DNA from: an uncultured Lachnospiraceae bacterium
GTDB taxonomy: Bacteria; Bacillota; Clostridia; Lachnospirales; Lachnospiraceae
Direction: 5' to 3'
Assembly (NCBI GenBank): GCA_905201915.1
Contig: CAJKQE010000005.1
Coordinates: forward strand, 4,011 to 68,010
Length of the DNA stretch: 64,000 nucleotides
How positions within the stretch are numbered: position 1 is the stretch's first letter; each line of letters opens with the position of its first letter. The translations under genes were made by a program, and so were the position numbers. This document shows, piece after piece, positions 49,301 through 60,101 of this stretch. The notes beneath the pieces are model-generated. The model had not been told where the DNA came from. It saw nothing but the letters and a program-made list of their open reading frames with translations, and did not search any database.

Positions 49301-50365
49301 TTATTCTGGTTTTAAAGAAATTTCCATCTGCACCGGCTGATGGTCCGTGTATTCAAAGTCCGTGCTGATGACGGAAATATCAGAAACCGTTATATTATCC
49401 GATACAATAAAGCCGTCAATGACATAGACCTGTGAGGTTTCATAAGAACCGGTATAAGGCGCATTTAAAAGTCGGCAGGTTGGATAAGTATCATCAACTG
49501 CAAAAGAAAAATGTTCAGGAAGAGTATCCTGACCGATAATTCCGGGAACCCAGTTTTCTGTGTTGGTAATGGGATATTTGTCCATTCCTTCAAAAGTCTG
49601 ATTAAAATCGCCTCCTGCAATGACGTAGTTTCCTGCTTCGTATTCCTTAGATAGCTTTTCAGCCAGCATTTTACTCTGTGCAATTTTTCCGTCTCCGTCA
49701 TCATAAGCTTCCAGATGGAAGTTGATCAATACCAGTTCCGCATCAGTACCTTCTAATGGAATACGTGTTTCCTGCATACAGCGCTTTAAGTTGCAGGTTT
49801 TTACAGGCCATGAGAAAGACTCAGGAAGTGCAAGGCGGGCAGCACTGTTTACTTTTAAATCTGTCATGGTGAAGATACCGCTGTTTACTTTTTCGATAGG
49901 CGGAAGGGGATAAGGAACAAAATCGCATTTAAAATTATAAGCAAAAATACCTTCCATATTTAAGGAGCTTTTTAAATATTCTGTTTCATCAATATGAAAA
50001 GAACGTTTAGAGTCTTTGTCAACCTCCTGAAGAAAGTAAACATCAGCAGGATTTTCCGTAAGAACCTTTTTAATACCTGTTAGGTTTGTTTCTACTTGTT
50101 CTTTACTGTCCGGCTGTACTTCGGAACCGCCGTCCATGAAGAAATCTTCGCTTTTATCAAGCCCTGCATATCCGATGTTGTAAGTCATAATACGCAGAGA
50201 GTCATCTAAAGACAGTGTACGGGTATTTTTGGGCACTTTTAGAGCTTCTTCTTTCTCCGGTCGATATTCCCGAATGGTAAGCCATAGAACCGCACAGACT
50301 AAGAGGATGAGGATAATGAGGACAACAATCCCCAATCCTTTAAAAAACTTTGAAAATTTTGGCAT
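49301..50365 (-). CDS. Endonuclease/exonuclease/phosphatase family protein, membrane anchored
   Basis: MTYNIGY, FLQEVD, NFHLEAY, AGGDFN, IDGF, TDHQPV; ATG 50365 after AGGAGG. Confidence 0.88.
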   Translation of the reverse strand: MPKFSKFFKGLGIVVLIILILLVCAVLWLTIREYRPEKEEALKVPKNTRTLSLDDSLRIMTYNIGYAGLDKSEDFFMDGGSEVQPDSKEQVETNLTGIKKVLTENPADVYFLQEVDKDSKRSFHIDETEYLKSSLNMEGIFAYNFKCDFVPYPLPPIEKVNSGIFTMTDLKVNSAARLALPESFSWPVKTCNLKRCMQETRIPLEGTDAELVLINFHLEAYDDGDGKIAQSKMLAEKLSKEYEAGNYVIAGGDFNQTFEGMDKYPITNTENWVPGIIGQDTLPEHFSFAVDDTYPTCRLLNAPYTGSYETSQVYVIDGFIVSDNITVSDISVISTDFEYTDHQPVQMEISLKPE

Positions 50366-50382
50366 AGAGCACCTCCTGTGGT

Positions 50383-50607
50383 GAAAATTATAATTAAAAG
50401 TCCAGATACTGTCTCCGTGTTTCCTTTCAAACATGACTATTTTCTTGTTTTTCTGCGCCGCTTAGAGATACTTTGTACGCCAAACTCGTGCAATAGCACT
50501 CAAACACGGCTTCCAAAGCATCGCTATGCTCGAAAAACTGCGAAAATATGCCAAATCGTTTGGAAGGAAACACGGAGCTTATAGCTGCTGTTTTTTAATT
50601 ATATTTT
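50383..50607. repeat. Long imperfect hairpin element (family A, copy 1, most complete)
   Basis: 69-bp core 50479-50547; outer stem CTCCGTGTTTCCTTTCAAAC / GTTTGGAAGGAAACACGGAG. Confidence 0.85.
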
Positions 50608-50782
50608 GAAATTAAAATATACTTGCTGGATTGTTCCGAACTTTGTTTTTCTACAATCCTTACATTATAAAAATTGTAACACAAACAGATGGGAAAGAAC
50701 AGTTTTAATATTGATTAGAAAGTTTTTAGAATTTCCTGTCTTGACAAATCAGGGGTTTATGCTTATGATAAAATGCAAGTAA

Positions 50783-51032
50783 AGGTAGTGAGAAAGAGGA
50801 GTACATTCAGGAAACTTACAGAGAGAGCGGCTCATCGGCTGGAAGGCGGCTCAAGGGAAACGGATGGAAGGTAGCTTTTGAACCGGAAGGCTGAAGGAGA
50901 GAACTTTGGTAGGCTTTCCCGCATCGTCAGCGTTAAAGGACTTTTGAGTGATAAATAAAGGTGGTACCGCGATGAATAATCGCCCTTTGTAACTATTTTA
51001 TAGAAGAAATGGTTATGAGGGGTATTTTTTTA
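50783..51032 (+). ncRNA. T-box leader (Val specifier GTA)
   Basis: AGAGA and GGCTGGAA stem I motifs, GAAG-GTA specifier at 50871, AAAGGTGGTACCGCG at 50957-50971, terminator with T tract. Confidence 0.92.
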
Positions 51033-51059
51033 CCCTTTATAACCCAAGAGGAGGAAACC

Positions 51060-53705
51060 ATGAGCAAGGAACTTGCAAAGACTTATGATCCAAAGGGATT
51101 AGAGGATCGCATTTATCAGAAATGGCTGGATAACAAATATTTTCATGCAGAAGTAAACAGAGATAAGAAACCGTTTACTATTGTTATGCCGCCGCCAAAT
51201 GTTACAGGACAGCTTCACATGGGACACGCATTAGACGAAACCATGCAGGATATCCTTATTCGTTTTAAGAGAATGCAGGGATATGAAGCACTGTGGCAGC
51301 CGGGAACAGACCATGCAGCTATTGCTACAGAAGTAAAGGTTATTGAAAAATTAAAAGAGCAGGGCATTGATAAAAACGAAATTGGCAGAGAAGAATTCTT
51401 AAAACACGCTTGGGAATGGAAAGAAGAATACGGCGGAAAGATTATCAATCAGTTGAAAAAACTGGGTGCTTCTGCTGACTGGGACAGAGAACGTTTTACT
51501 ATGGATGAGGGATGTTCCAAAGCAGTGCAGGAAGTTTTCATTAAATTATATGAAAAAGGATATATTTATAAAGGCTCCAGAATTATTAACTGGTGTCCTG
51601 TATGTCAGACTTCTATTTCTGACGCAGAGGTAGAGCATGAGGATCAGGACGGATTTTTCTGGCATATCAATTATCCGGTAGCAGGAGAAGAAGGTCAGTT
51701 CGTAGAAATTGCTACAACAAGACCGGAAACTTTATTAGGCGATACTGCAGTTGCAGTTAATCCGGAAGATGACAGATACAAACATCTGGTTGGAAAAATG
51801 CTGAAGCTGCCTCTGACAGACAGAGAAATTCCTGTAATCGCAGATGAATATGTTGACAAAGAATTTGGAACAGGATGCGTAAAAATCACACCTGCTCATG
51901 ATCCTAACGACTTTGAAGTTGGAAAACGTCATAACTTAGAAGAAATCAACATTATGAATGATGATGCTACCATTAATGAGTTAGGTGGAAAATATGCAGG
52001 TATGGATCGCTATGAAGCTAGAAAAGCTATGGTAGCTGATTTGGAAGCACAGGGACTTTTAGTAAAAGTAGTTCCTCATTCTCATAGTGTTGGTACACAT
52101 GACCGTTGTAAGACAACAGTAGAGCCGATGATTAAGCCACAGTGGTTTGTAAGAATGAAGGAAATGGGAGAAGCTGCTATTGAAACTCTGAAAAACGGAG
52201 AATTACAGTTTGTTCCGGAACGTTTTGACAAGACATATATGCACTGGCTGGAAAATATCAGAGACTGGTGTATTTCCCGTCAGTTATGGTGGGGACACAG
52301 AATTCCTGCATACTACTGCGATGAATGTGGGGAAACTGTAGTTGCAAGAGAAATGCCGGAAAAATGTCCGAAGTGTGGATGCACACATCTTCATCAGGAC
52401 GAAGATACACTGGACACATGGTTCTCTTCAGCACTCTGGCCATTTTCTACTTTAGGCTGGCCGGAAAAAACAGAGGAAATGGAATATTTCTATCCTACAG
52501 ATGTTCTGGTAACAGGATATGACATTATTTTCTTCTGGGTAATCCGTATGGTATTTTCAGGTCTGGAACAGACAGGCAAAACACCATTCCACCATGTTTT
52601 AATTCATGGTCTGGTAAGAGACTCTCAGGGACGTAAGATGAGTAAATCTCTTGGAAACGGTATTGACCCCTTGGAAGTTATTGACAAATACGGAGCAGAT
52701 GCGCTGCGTCTTACTTTGATGACAGGCAATGCACCGGGAAATGATATGCGTTTTTACTGGGAACGTATAGAAGCAAGCAGAAACTTTGCTAATAAGGTAT
52801 GGAATGCTTCCAGATTTATCATGATGAATTTGGAAAAAGCAGATATTCCAAAGAATATTGATTTACAGACATTGACAGGCGCAGATAAATGGATTTTATC
52901 CAAAGTAAATACACTGGCAAAAGAAGTAACAGAAAATCTGGATAAATACGAACTGGGAATTGCAGTTCAGAAAGTATATGACTTTATCTGGGAAGAATTC
53001 TGTGACTGGTATATTGAAATGGTAAAACCACGTCTTTATAATGATGAAGATACTACAAAGGCAGCAGCCCTTTGGACATTGAAAACAGTTTTAAGCAATG
53101 CATTAAAGCTCCTTCATCCATATATGCCTTTTATTACAGAAGAAATTTACTGTACACTTTGTCCGGAAGAAGAATCTATTATGATTTCTGCATGGCCGGA
53201 ATTTACAGAAGAGTGGGATTTTGCAGCAGATGAAGAAGCAGTGGAAACAATTAAAGAAGCCGTAAGAGGAATTCGTAATGTCCGTACAGGTATGAATGTT
53301 CCGCCAAGCAAAAAGGCGAAAGTATTTGTTGTTTCCGAAGATGCAGCAGTCAGAGAAGTATTTGAAAACGGAAAAGTATTCTTTGCTACACTTGGTTATG
53401 CAAGTGAAGTTTTCGTACAGGCTGACAAAGAGGGAATTGCAGAAGATGCGGTATCAGCGGTAATCGGCAATGCAGTTATTTATATGCCGTTTGCAGAGCT
53501 GGTAGATATTGAAAAAGAAATTGAGAGATTGAAGAAAGAAGAAGAAAAACTGGAAAAAGAGCTTGCACGTGTAAACGGTATGCTGAATAATGAACGTTTT
53601 ATCAGCAAAGCGCCGGAAAGTAAAGTGCAGGAGGAGCGTGAAAAATTAGAACGTTATACAAACATGATGGAACAGGTAAAAGAGCGTTTAGCACAGCTTC
53701 AGTAA
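51060..53705 (+). CDS. valS: Valine--tRNA ligase
   Basis: [31 protein letters not shown]-terminal coiled coil. Confidence 0.98.
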   Translation: MSKELAKTYDPKGLEDRIYQKWLDNKYFHAEVNRDKKPFTIVMPPPNVTGQLHMGHALDETMQDILIRFKRMQGYEALWQPGTDHAAIATEVKVIEKLKEQGIDKNEIGREEFLKHAWEWKEEYGGKIINQLKKLGASADWDRERFTMDEGCSKAVQEVFIKLYEKGYIYKGSRIINWCPVCQTSISDAEVEHEDQDGFFWHINYPVAGEEGQFVEIATTRPETLLGDTAVAVNPEDDRYKHLVGKMLKLPLTDREIPVIADEYVDKEFGTGCVKITPAHDPNDFEVGKRHNLEEINIMNDDATINELGGKYAGMDRYEARKAMVADLEAQGLLVKVVPHSHSVGTHDRCKTTVEPMIKPQWFVRMKEMGEAAIETLKNGELQFVPERFDKTYMHWLENIRDWCISRQLWWGHRIPAYYCDECGETVVAREMPEKCPKCGCTHLHQDEDTLDTWFSSALWPFSTLGWPEKTEEMEYFYPTDVLVTGYDIIFFWVIRMVFSGLEQTGKTPFHHVLIHGLVRDSQGRKMSKSLGNGIDPLEVIDKYGADALRLTLMTGNAPGNDMRFYWERIEASRNFANKVWNASRFIMMNLEKADIPKNIDLQTLTGADKWILSKVNTLAKEVTENLDKYELGIAVQKVYDFIWEEFCDWYIEMVKPRLYNDEDTTKAAALWTLKTVLSNALKLLHPYMPFITEEIYCTLCPEEESIMISAWPEFTEEWDFAADEEAVETIKEAVRGIRNVRTGMNVPPSKKAKVFVVSEDAAVREVFENGKVFFATLGYASEVFVQADKEGIAEDAVSAVIGNAVIYMPFAELVDIEKEIERLKKEEEKLEKELARVNGMLNNERFISKAPESKVQEEREKLERYTNMMEQVKERLAQLQ

Positions 53706-53792
53706 TTCTTTAGGCACAAATCAGGGACAGGGGGATAAGGCTTTTATAGCCATACACCCCTGTTCTCATTGCTATTAAGGAGAATAAATTTT

Positions 53793-55874
53793 ATGAAAGA
53801 AATAAAAAAAGTATTTTGTCTGAAATATCTCAATATGTTTTCTGTTCCTTTGCAAATGCTGGCGGTTTGTATCGGTTACTTCTTTATTGAAGCAATGTCC
53901 AGACATTCTATATGGAGTGCGTGGGAATTTTTACAGGAACGACCTTTGGTATTTTTATATAATGCGTTTCTGATTTTCACCACTACATTGATTGTATATT
54001 TATTCCGCAGACGTGTTTTTGTAAGAACGATTTTGTTTATTTTTTGGATAGGACTTGGAATTATTAACGGTGTACTGCTTACTATACGAGTTACTCCGTT
54101 TACAGGTCCGGATTTACACATGATTACAGATGCTGTTCAGATTGCAGACAGATATTTGTCGCCTTTCTTTTTTTGTGTAGTAATGGCTGTAGCGATTATT
54201 GCAATTATCGGTCTTATTATTTTGTTTTTTAAAGGACCCAAATATCAGGGGAAACTTAGCTATAAAGTCAATGTTCCTTTGATTATCGTAGCGGTACTTG
54301 CTTTTGCGGGAACTACAAAATTAGCGTTGGAAAAGAGAGTGCTTTCCAATTATTTCGGAAATATCGCATTTGCTTATGAAGACTATGGATATCCATATTG
54401 TTTGGCAACCACAGTATTTAATACCGGAATTTCTTCTCCCAGGGAATATTCAAAAGGCGTAATAAATGAAATTCAGACAAGTGAAGAAGTTTTGGAGGAA
54501 ACAGGAGAAAAAAGACCAAATATCTTATTTTTACAGTTAGAGTCCTTTTTTGATCCTACCTTGGTAGAATACTTAGAAGTTTCTGAAGATCCTATTCCAA
54601 CCTTCAGAAAAATGATGAATGACTATTCTTCCGGTTATTTTAAGGTTCCTTCTGTAGGGGCAGGTACAGCGAACACAGAATTTGAGTCCATTACAGGAAT
54701 GAGTATGCGTTATTTTGGACCGGGAGAATATCCCTATAAGAGTATTCTGAAAGAGACTACCTGTGAAAGTGCTCCTTATGTGTTAAAGGGCTTGGGCTAC
54801 GGCACTCATGCGATTCATAATAACGAAGCAAATTTCTACGGAAGAAAAAATGTTTTTGCAAATCTGGGATTTGATACCTTTACTTCTGAAGAATATATGG
54901 CAACACAGGATGATACAAACCCAAATGATTGGATGCGTGACAGAAATCTGACCAGATATATTCTGGAAACAATGGAGTCTACACCTCAGCAGGATTATGT
55001 ATATACAATTTCTGTACAGGGACATGGAGATTATCCGGAAGAACCTATGATTGAAAATCCTCAAATTACGGTAAAAGGAGCTGGCTCTCAGGCAGAGAAT
55101 TATAAATGGGAGTATTATTGTAATCAGATTTATGAAATGGACCAATTTGTAAAAGAATTGACCGATGAGCTTTCTAAGCTAGATGAAGATGTTGTGCTGG
55201 TTATGTATGGAGACCATCTTCCAACAATGGGATTAAAGGTTACGGATGTAAAGAATAAATATCTTTTCCAGACACAGTATGTAATCTGGGATAATATGGG
55301 ATTAGAAAAGAAAGATAAAAATTTGGCAGCATATCAGATGGCTGCTGAAGTAATGGATAGAGTCGGTATTCATGAGGGTAATATTTTCCGTTTCCATCAG
55401 GCAAGAAGAAATACGAAAAATTATCAGGTGGATTTGGAAACTTTGCAGTATGATATTTTATATGGTGAAAAATATGTATATGGCGGAGAAAATCCTTTCC
55501 AGAGAACAAAAATGCACTTAGGTGTGAAAGAATCAGAGCTTCATGGAATTGATACTCTGGGAGCAACACAGTATTATATTAGAGGTGCTAATTTTACCCA
55601 GTCCTCCTTTATGGAAGTAAATGGGGAGCTGATAGAGGCGAATTTTGTAGATGAAAATACCTTACTTCTGTTAAATACGACTTTAAAAGAAGGGGATGTA
55701 GTGGATGTTGCAATGCGAAGCAACAGTTCTACGCATAAAGTGCTCACAAGAACAGAGAAGTATATTTACCATGAACCGGTAGAGGGAAGCTCAAGTGCAG
55801 AACTAGAATTGATTATTACAGAAGAACCGGAAACCGGCGTGACAGAGGAAAGTCAGACAGAAAAAGAGGAATAA
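53793..55874 (+). CDS. LTA synthase family (sulfatase-like) protein
   Basis: ~5 N-terminal TM, LQLESF, GAGTANTEF, QGHGDY, YGDHLP. Confidence 0.88.
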   Translation: MKEIKKVFCLKYLNMFSVPLQMLAVCIGYFFIEAMSRHSIWSAWEFLQERPLVFLYNAFLIFTTTLIVYLFRRRVFVRTILFIFWIGLGIINGVLLTIRVTPFTGPDLHMITDAVQIADRYLSPFFFCVVMAVAIIAIIGLIILFFKGPKYQGKLSYKVNVPLIIVAVLAFAGTTKLALEKRVLSNYFGNIAFAYEDYGYPYCLATTVFNTGISSPREYSKGVINEIQTSEEVLEETGEKRPNILFLQLESFFDPTLVEYLEVSEDPIPTFRKMMNDYSSGYFKVPSVGAGTANTEFESITGMSMRYFGPGEYPYKSILKETTCESAPYVLKGLGYGTHAIHNNEANFYGRKNVFANLGFDTFTSEEYMATQDDTNPNDWMRDRNLTRYILETMESTPQQDYVYTISVQGHGDYPEEPMIENPQITVKGAGSQAENYKWEYYCNQIYEMDQFVKELTDELSKLDEDVVLVMYGDHLPTMGLKVTDVKNKYLFQTQYVIWDNMGLEKKDKNLAAYQMAAEVMDRVGIHEGNIFRFHQARRNTKNYQVDLETLQYDILYGEKYVYGGENPFQRTKMHLGVKESELHGIDTLGATQYYIRGANFTQSSFMEVNGELIEANFVDENTLLLLNTTLKEGDVVDVAMRSNSSTHKVLTRTEKYIYHEPVEGSSSAELELIITEEPETGVTEESQTEKEE

Positions 55875-56008
55875 AAGAAAATTTTTTTAACCGACATAAT
55901 TTGCTTGCATATTATTTTCACTCCATTATAATGGTAATTGATATGAGGCTACCACATTAGGCAAAGTCTTAGTGCGGTAGCTTATGTTTTTAGAACAGGA
56001 GGGATAGC

Positions 56009-57310
56009 TTGTTTACTTATGACGAAGCGGTAAATTATATAGAAGATATACCGAAATTTACAACGAAAAATAAATTAGAACACACCAGGAAATGTCTGGA
56101 CATGTTGGGCAGCCCTGATAAAGATAGAAAAATTATTCATGTTGCAGGAACAAATGGAAAAGGAAGTGTTTGTGCTTTTCTTTCTACTATGTTGGAAGCA
56201 CATGGTTTTCGATGTGGTTTATTCACATCTCCTCATCTTATAAAGATTAACGAGCGTTTTCAGATTAATGAGGTGATGGTTTCTGATGAAGGTTTTTTAG
56301 AGGCATTTTTGCAAGTGAAAGCTTTGTCAGATAAGCTTTTAGAAGCAGGGGATTATCACCCTACTTATTTTGAATTTCTTTTTCTCATGGGAATGGTGAT
56401 TTTTCAGAAGGAAAATGTGGATTATATTATTTTAGAAACGGGCTTAGGTGGAAGACTGGATGCCACAAATGCTATTTTAACCCCCATTGCCTGTGTGATT
56501 ACATCCATAAGTCTTGACCATGTAGAATATCTGGGTAATACGATTACACAGATTGCAGGAGAAAAGGCAGGAATTATTAAACCGCAGGTGCCGGTGATTT
56601 TTGATGGAAATAATCAGGAAGCAGCAGAAGTGATGAAAAAGAGAGCGCAGGAGTTGGGATGTCCTTGGTATGAAGTGAAAGAAGAAAATCAGAAGCTTTT
56701 AGACTTTACGCCGGAAGGAATTCGTTTTATCAGCCAGTCTGCTGTCTATGGAGATACGGAATTATTTGTTCCTTTTACTGCAAAATATCAGATGATGAAT
56801 GCTTCTCTGGCACTGGAGACTATGGGTGCTTTGAAGCAGTATCACGGTATGGAAAAAGCAGAGCTGGTACAGGGAATGAAGAATACCCGTTGGCAGGGAC
56901 GAATGGAAACCATACTTCCAGGTGTAATTGTAGATGGGGCACATAATGAAGATGGTGTTGCAAAGTTTGTTGAAACAGTGCGCCATTTCCAGAAGGATTA
57001 TGAAATTACCCTGTTGTTTACTACAGTTTCAGATAAGGAATTTCCGGATATGATTGCCAAAATCTGTGACGGGCTTCATTTTACGAACGTGGTGACAACA
57101 GAAATATGGGGAAGCAGAAAGCAGTCTGCTTTAGAACTTGCGGGACTTTTCAAGGAAAACGGATGTGAGAACGTTCTGGTGGAAACAAATCCGGAAAAAG
57201 CTTTTGAGGAAGCTTATAAGCTGAAGAAAGACGGATTGCTGTTTGTAGTAGGGTCTTTGTATCTTGTAGGGGAGATTAAGGACTATGTAAGGAGGAGAGT
57301 GCATGATTAA
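56009..57310 (+). CDS. folC: Folylpolyglutamate synthase/dihydrofolate synthase
   Basis: HVAGTNGKGS, FTSPHL, ETGLGGRLDATN, DGAHN, GSLYLVG; TTG start after AGGAGG. Confidence 0.96.
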   Translation: MFTYDEAVNYIEDIPKFTTKNKLEHTRKCLDMLGSPDKDRKIIHVAGTNGKGSVCAFLSTMLEAHGFRCGLFTSPHLIKINERFQINEVMVSDEGFLEAFLQVKALSDKLLEAGDYHPTYFEFLFLMGMVIFQKENVDYIILETGLGGRLDATNAILTPIACVITSISLDHVEYLGNTITQIAGEKAGIIKPQVPVIFDGNNQEAAEVMKKRAQELGCPWYEVKEENQKLLDFTPEGIRFISQSAVYGDTELFVPFTAKYQMMNASLALETMGALKQYHGMEKAELVQGMKNTRWQGRMETILPGVIVDGAHNEDGVAKFVETVRHFQKDYEITLLFTTVSDKEFPDMIAKICDGLHFTNVVTTEIWGSRKQSALELAGLFKENGCENVLVETNPEKAFEEAYKLKKDGLLFVVGSLYLVGEIKDYVRRRVHD

Positions 57311-57452
57311 TTACGAAGAAGAACTGAAGAAGTTTCAACCGTGTTTAGATGTAGACGATGCAGAAGGGGCAATTTATAAACAAGATTTGACAGATGTCAT
57401 TGATATTTTGAAAGAAATGATGCGAGATAATCATAAAACATCTGAGAAATAG
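57303..57452 (+). CDS. Small acidic hypothetical protein (49 aa; absent from ORF track)
   Basis: AGGAGG RBS; MINYEEELKKFQPCLDVDDAEGAIYKQDLTDVIDILKEMMRDNHKTSEK; fills the folC-TPR gap exactly. Confidence 0.75.
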   Translation: MINYEEELKKFQPCLDVDDAEGAIYKQDLTDVIDILKEMMRDNHKTSEK

Positions 57453-57461
57453 GAGAAGAAT

Positions 57462-58967
57462 ATGAATTGTGTTGTATGTCAAACAGTACTGACAGCTTCT
57501 GACTATTGTCCTAAGTGCGGATGTAATGTAAGGGCACTGAAGAAGATAGGTGCTTTATCCAATTTTTACTATAATCAGGGGCTTGAAAAGGCTCAAATTC
57601 GAGATTTGTCAGGAGCAATTACCTGTCTGAAACGAAGTCTGAAAATGAATAAAATGAATATACAGGCGAGAAATCTTCTTGGGCTGGTATATTTTGAAAC
57701 AGGAGAAGTGGTTGCTGCTTTAAGCGAATGGGTAATCAGCAAGAATATGATGCCGGAGGGTAATCTGGCAAGCGTATATATTGATAAATTACAAAAAAAT
57801 ACCAATCGCCTTGACATGATTAATACAAGCATTAAAAAATATAACCAATGTCTGGAATATTGTAGAAACGGTAATCCGGACATGGCAAAAATGCAGCTAA
57901 AGAAAGTGCTTACGAATAATCCGAAGTTGATTAAAGGGTATCATTTGTTGGCGCTTTTGTATATGCATGAAGGTGAGTATGAAAAAGCCAGAAAACAATT
58001 AAAAGCAGCAGTAAAAATTGATAAGACGAATACTACTACTTTGAGATTTTTAAGAGAAATCGAGGAGCAGACAGGAAGAGCTACGAATTTGGACTCTCGT
58101 TTTAAAATGAGAGAAAAAGAGGAAGATAAAGAAAACGGAAGCCTTGTATATAAATCTGGTAATGATACGATTATTCAGCCGCCGGAGTATAAGGAAAAGA
58201 GTATTACGAATACTTTGGTAAATCTGCTTTTAGGACTTTTAGTAGGTGCAGCGGCTCTCTGGTTTTTGATTGTGCCTGCGAAAACGCAGAAAATCAATCA
58301 AGAGGCGAATAAAAAAGTTGTGGAATATAGTGGGAAAATGGCAACATTGTCTGCAGAGCTTGCTCGTATGCAAGAAGAAATGGACGCCTCTACAGAGTCT
58401 GTGAATACAGCTCAGACTCAAATCCAAGAGGCCGGAGAAAAGGCAGGGGCTTATGAAAATCTTATAAAAGCATGGCAGGCTCATCAGGAAGGGAATTCTG
58501 ATACAGCAGCAAATGCCATAGAAGGAGTGAATGCAGAGCTTCTGTCCGTAGAGGCAAAAAGCATGTATGACAGTATTATGAAATCTGTAGGTTCTACAGT
58601 ACGCAAAAAGTATGTAAATGAAGCTTCTGCTGCTATGGAAAGTGGAGATTATGATACTGCTATTGTCAGCTTGGAAAAAGCTTTAAATATTGGAAAACAA
58701 GATAGAAATATCATGTTCCAGTTAGCGCAGGCTTATGACAAAAAAGGCGATAAAGAAAATGCAAATCAGTGGTATCAAAAAATAATTGATGAATTCCCTG
58801 GAACCAAAGTTGCTTCTGATGCAAAAGATTATTTGGAAGCAAATGGCGGCTTAACACAAGCTCCGTCTGAGGGAGATGCAGAAACACCATCAGACGATGA
58901 AGGGCAGTCAGATGGAGGAGAAACTTCCGAAGGCGGAATACAGACAGGGGAAACGATAGAAGAATAA
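57462..58967 (+). CDS. Tetratricopeptide repeat membrane protein with N-terminal zinc ribbon
   Basis: CVVC...CPKC, TPR-like helices, one TM, coiled coil, further TPRs. Confidence 0.85.
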   Translation: MNCVVCQTVLTASDYCPKCGCNVRALKKIGALSNFYYNQGLEKAQIRDLSGAITCLKRSLKMNKMNIQARNLLGLVYFETGEVVAALSEWVISKNMMPEGNLASVYIDKLQKNTNRLDMINTSIKKYNQCLEYCRNGNPDMAKMQLKKVLTNNPKLIKGYHLLALLYMHEGEYEKARKQLKAAVKIDKTNTTTLRFLREIEEQTGRATNLDSRFKMREKEEDKENGSLVYKSGNDTIIQPPEYKEKSITNTLVNLLLGLLVGAAALWFLIVPAKTQKINQEANKKVVEYSGKMATLSAELARMQEEMDASTESVNTAQTQIQEAGEKAGAYENLIKAWQAHQEGNSDTAANAIEGVNAELLSVEAKSMYDSIMKSVGSTVRKKYVNEASAAMESGDYDTAIVSLEKALNIGKQDRNIMFQLAQAYDKKGDKENANQWYQKIIDEFPGTKVASDAKDYLEANGGLTQAPSEGDAETPSDDEGQSDGGETSEGGIQTGETIEE

Positions 58968-58980
58968 ATACGAAAGAAAA

Positions 58981-59149
58981 ACCTTGAAGAAAAGGCGTGT
59001 ACGAGAAGTATGCGTCTTTTTGCTGTTTTGTCCGCCAAACTCGTGCTGACGCACTCAGACACGGCTCCCAAAACATCACTATACTCGAAAAACTGCGAAA
59101 ATATTCTGCATTGTTTGCCCGTGGAATACTGAGCCTGCATCTCAAAGGT
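58981..59149. repeat. Hairpin element family A, copy 2
   Basis: 69-bp core 59034-59102, 60/69 identical to copy 1. Confidence 0.85.
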
Positions 59150-59302
59150 ATATAAGTTGTTTATGTAAAACAGAAAATAGGATTTATATTATAGGTTTTG
59201 AAGATATGAATTTAGATAATAAAAATGTGGGATATAAATGGAAAAGTAGGCAAATAAGGTGAATTTGCATCTAGGAATAGTGTTTAGAAAGGAAAGGAAA
59301 AG

Positions 59303-59638
59303 ATGGAGGATAGAATTAAGAAGCGCGGAAATCAGTTGATTGTGTATGTTCCAAAGGAATTGGATCATCATTTTGCAGAGCAGATTACTCCGCAGGTGGA
59401 TAAGGAATTGGAAAAGGGAATGATAAAACAACTGGTTTTTGATTTTTCGGAAACCGGTTTTATGGATAGTTCAGGGATTGGAATGATAATGGGAAGAAAG
59501 CGCATTTTAAGTTACAGTAAAGGCACAGTAGCGGCAATCCATGTAAGTGACAGAGTTTTGAAGATTATGCAGCTTTCGGGTATTTATAAACATATTGAAA
59601 TCAGTCAGGAACCGGTATGGAATTATAGAGTGAGATAG
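59303..59638 (+). CDS. spoIIAA: Anti-sigma F factor antagonist
   Basis: ELDHH, FMDSSGIGMIMGR STAS motif. Confidence 0.93.
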   Translation: MEDRIKKRGNQLIVYVPKELDHHFAEQITPQVDKELEKGMIKQLVFDFSETGFMDSSGIGMIMGRKRILSYSKGTVAAIHVSDRVLKIMQLSGIYKHIEISQEPVWNYRVR

Positions 59639-59648
59639 GGGGGAGAGT

Positions 59649-60092
59649 ATGAGCCGGGATAATAAAATGGTTCTGAAAGTAGAAAGCCGTTCTTGCAATG
59701 AAGGACTGGCGAGAATTGCAGTAGCAGCATTTAGCACACAGCTAAATCCTACCTTAGAGGAGGTAGCAGATATTAAAACTGCAGTATCAGAAGCGATTAC
59801 AAACTGTATCGTTCATGCATATCAAAGAGAAACAGATATGATTACCATAGAATGCAGCAGTTGTCAAAGAGAGCTGACGGTAATTGTAAAGGACAAAGGA
59901 AAGGGGATTGAAGATGTAGAGAAGGCAATGGAGCCGCTTTTTACTACAAAACCTGAGCAGGACAGGTCAGGAATGGGATTTGCTTTTATGGAGGCTTTTA
60001 TGGATGAGGTTTTTGTGGAGTCAAGGCTTGGAGAAGGGACAACGGTAACTATGAAAAAAACAATAGGAAGACAGAATGATGTCTTTAAGTAG
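59649..60092 (+). CDS. spoIIAB: Anti-sigma F factor
   Basis: IKTAVSEAITNCIVHAY, RSGMGFAFME. Confidence 0.96.
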   Translation: MSRDNKMVLKVESRSCNEGLARIAVAAFSTQLNPTLEEVADIKTAVSEAITNCIVHAYQRETDMITIECSSCQRELTVIVKDKGKGIEDVEKAMEPLFTTKPEQDRSGMGFAFMEAFMDEVFVESRLGEGTTVTMKKTIGRQNDVFK

Positions 60093-60101
60093 GAGGGCTG
60101 T

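Noticed and set aside
55935..56000. THF riboswitch upstream of folC
   Set aside because: Only a single hairpin; too short and lacking THF aptamer features
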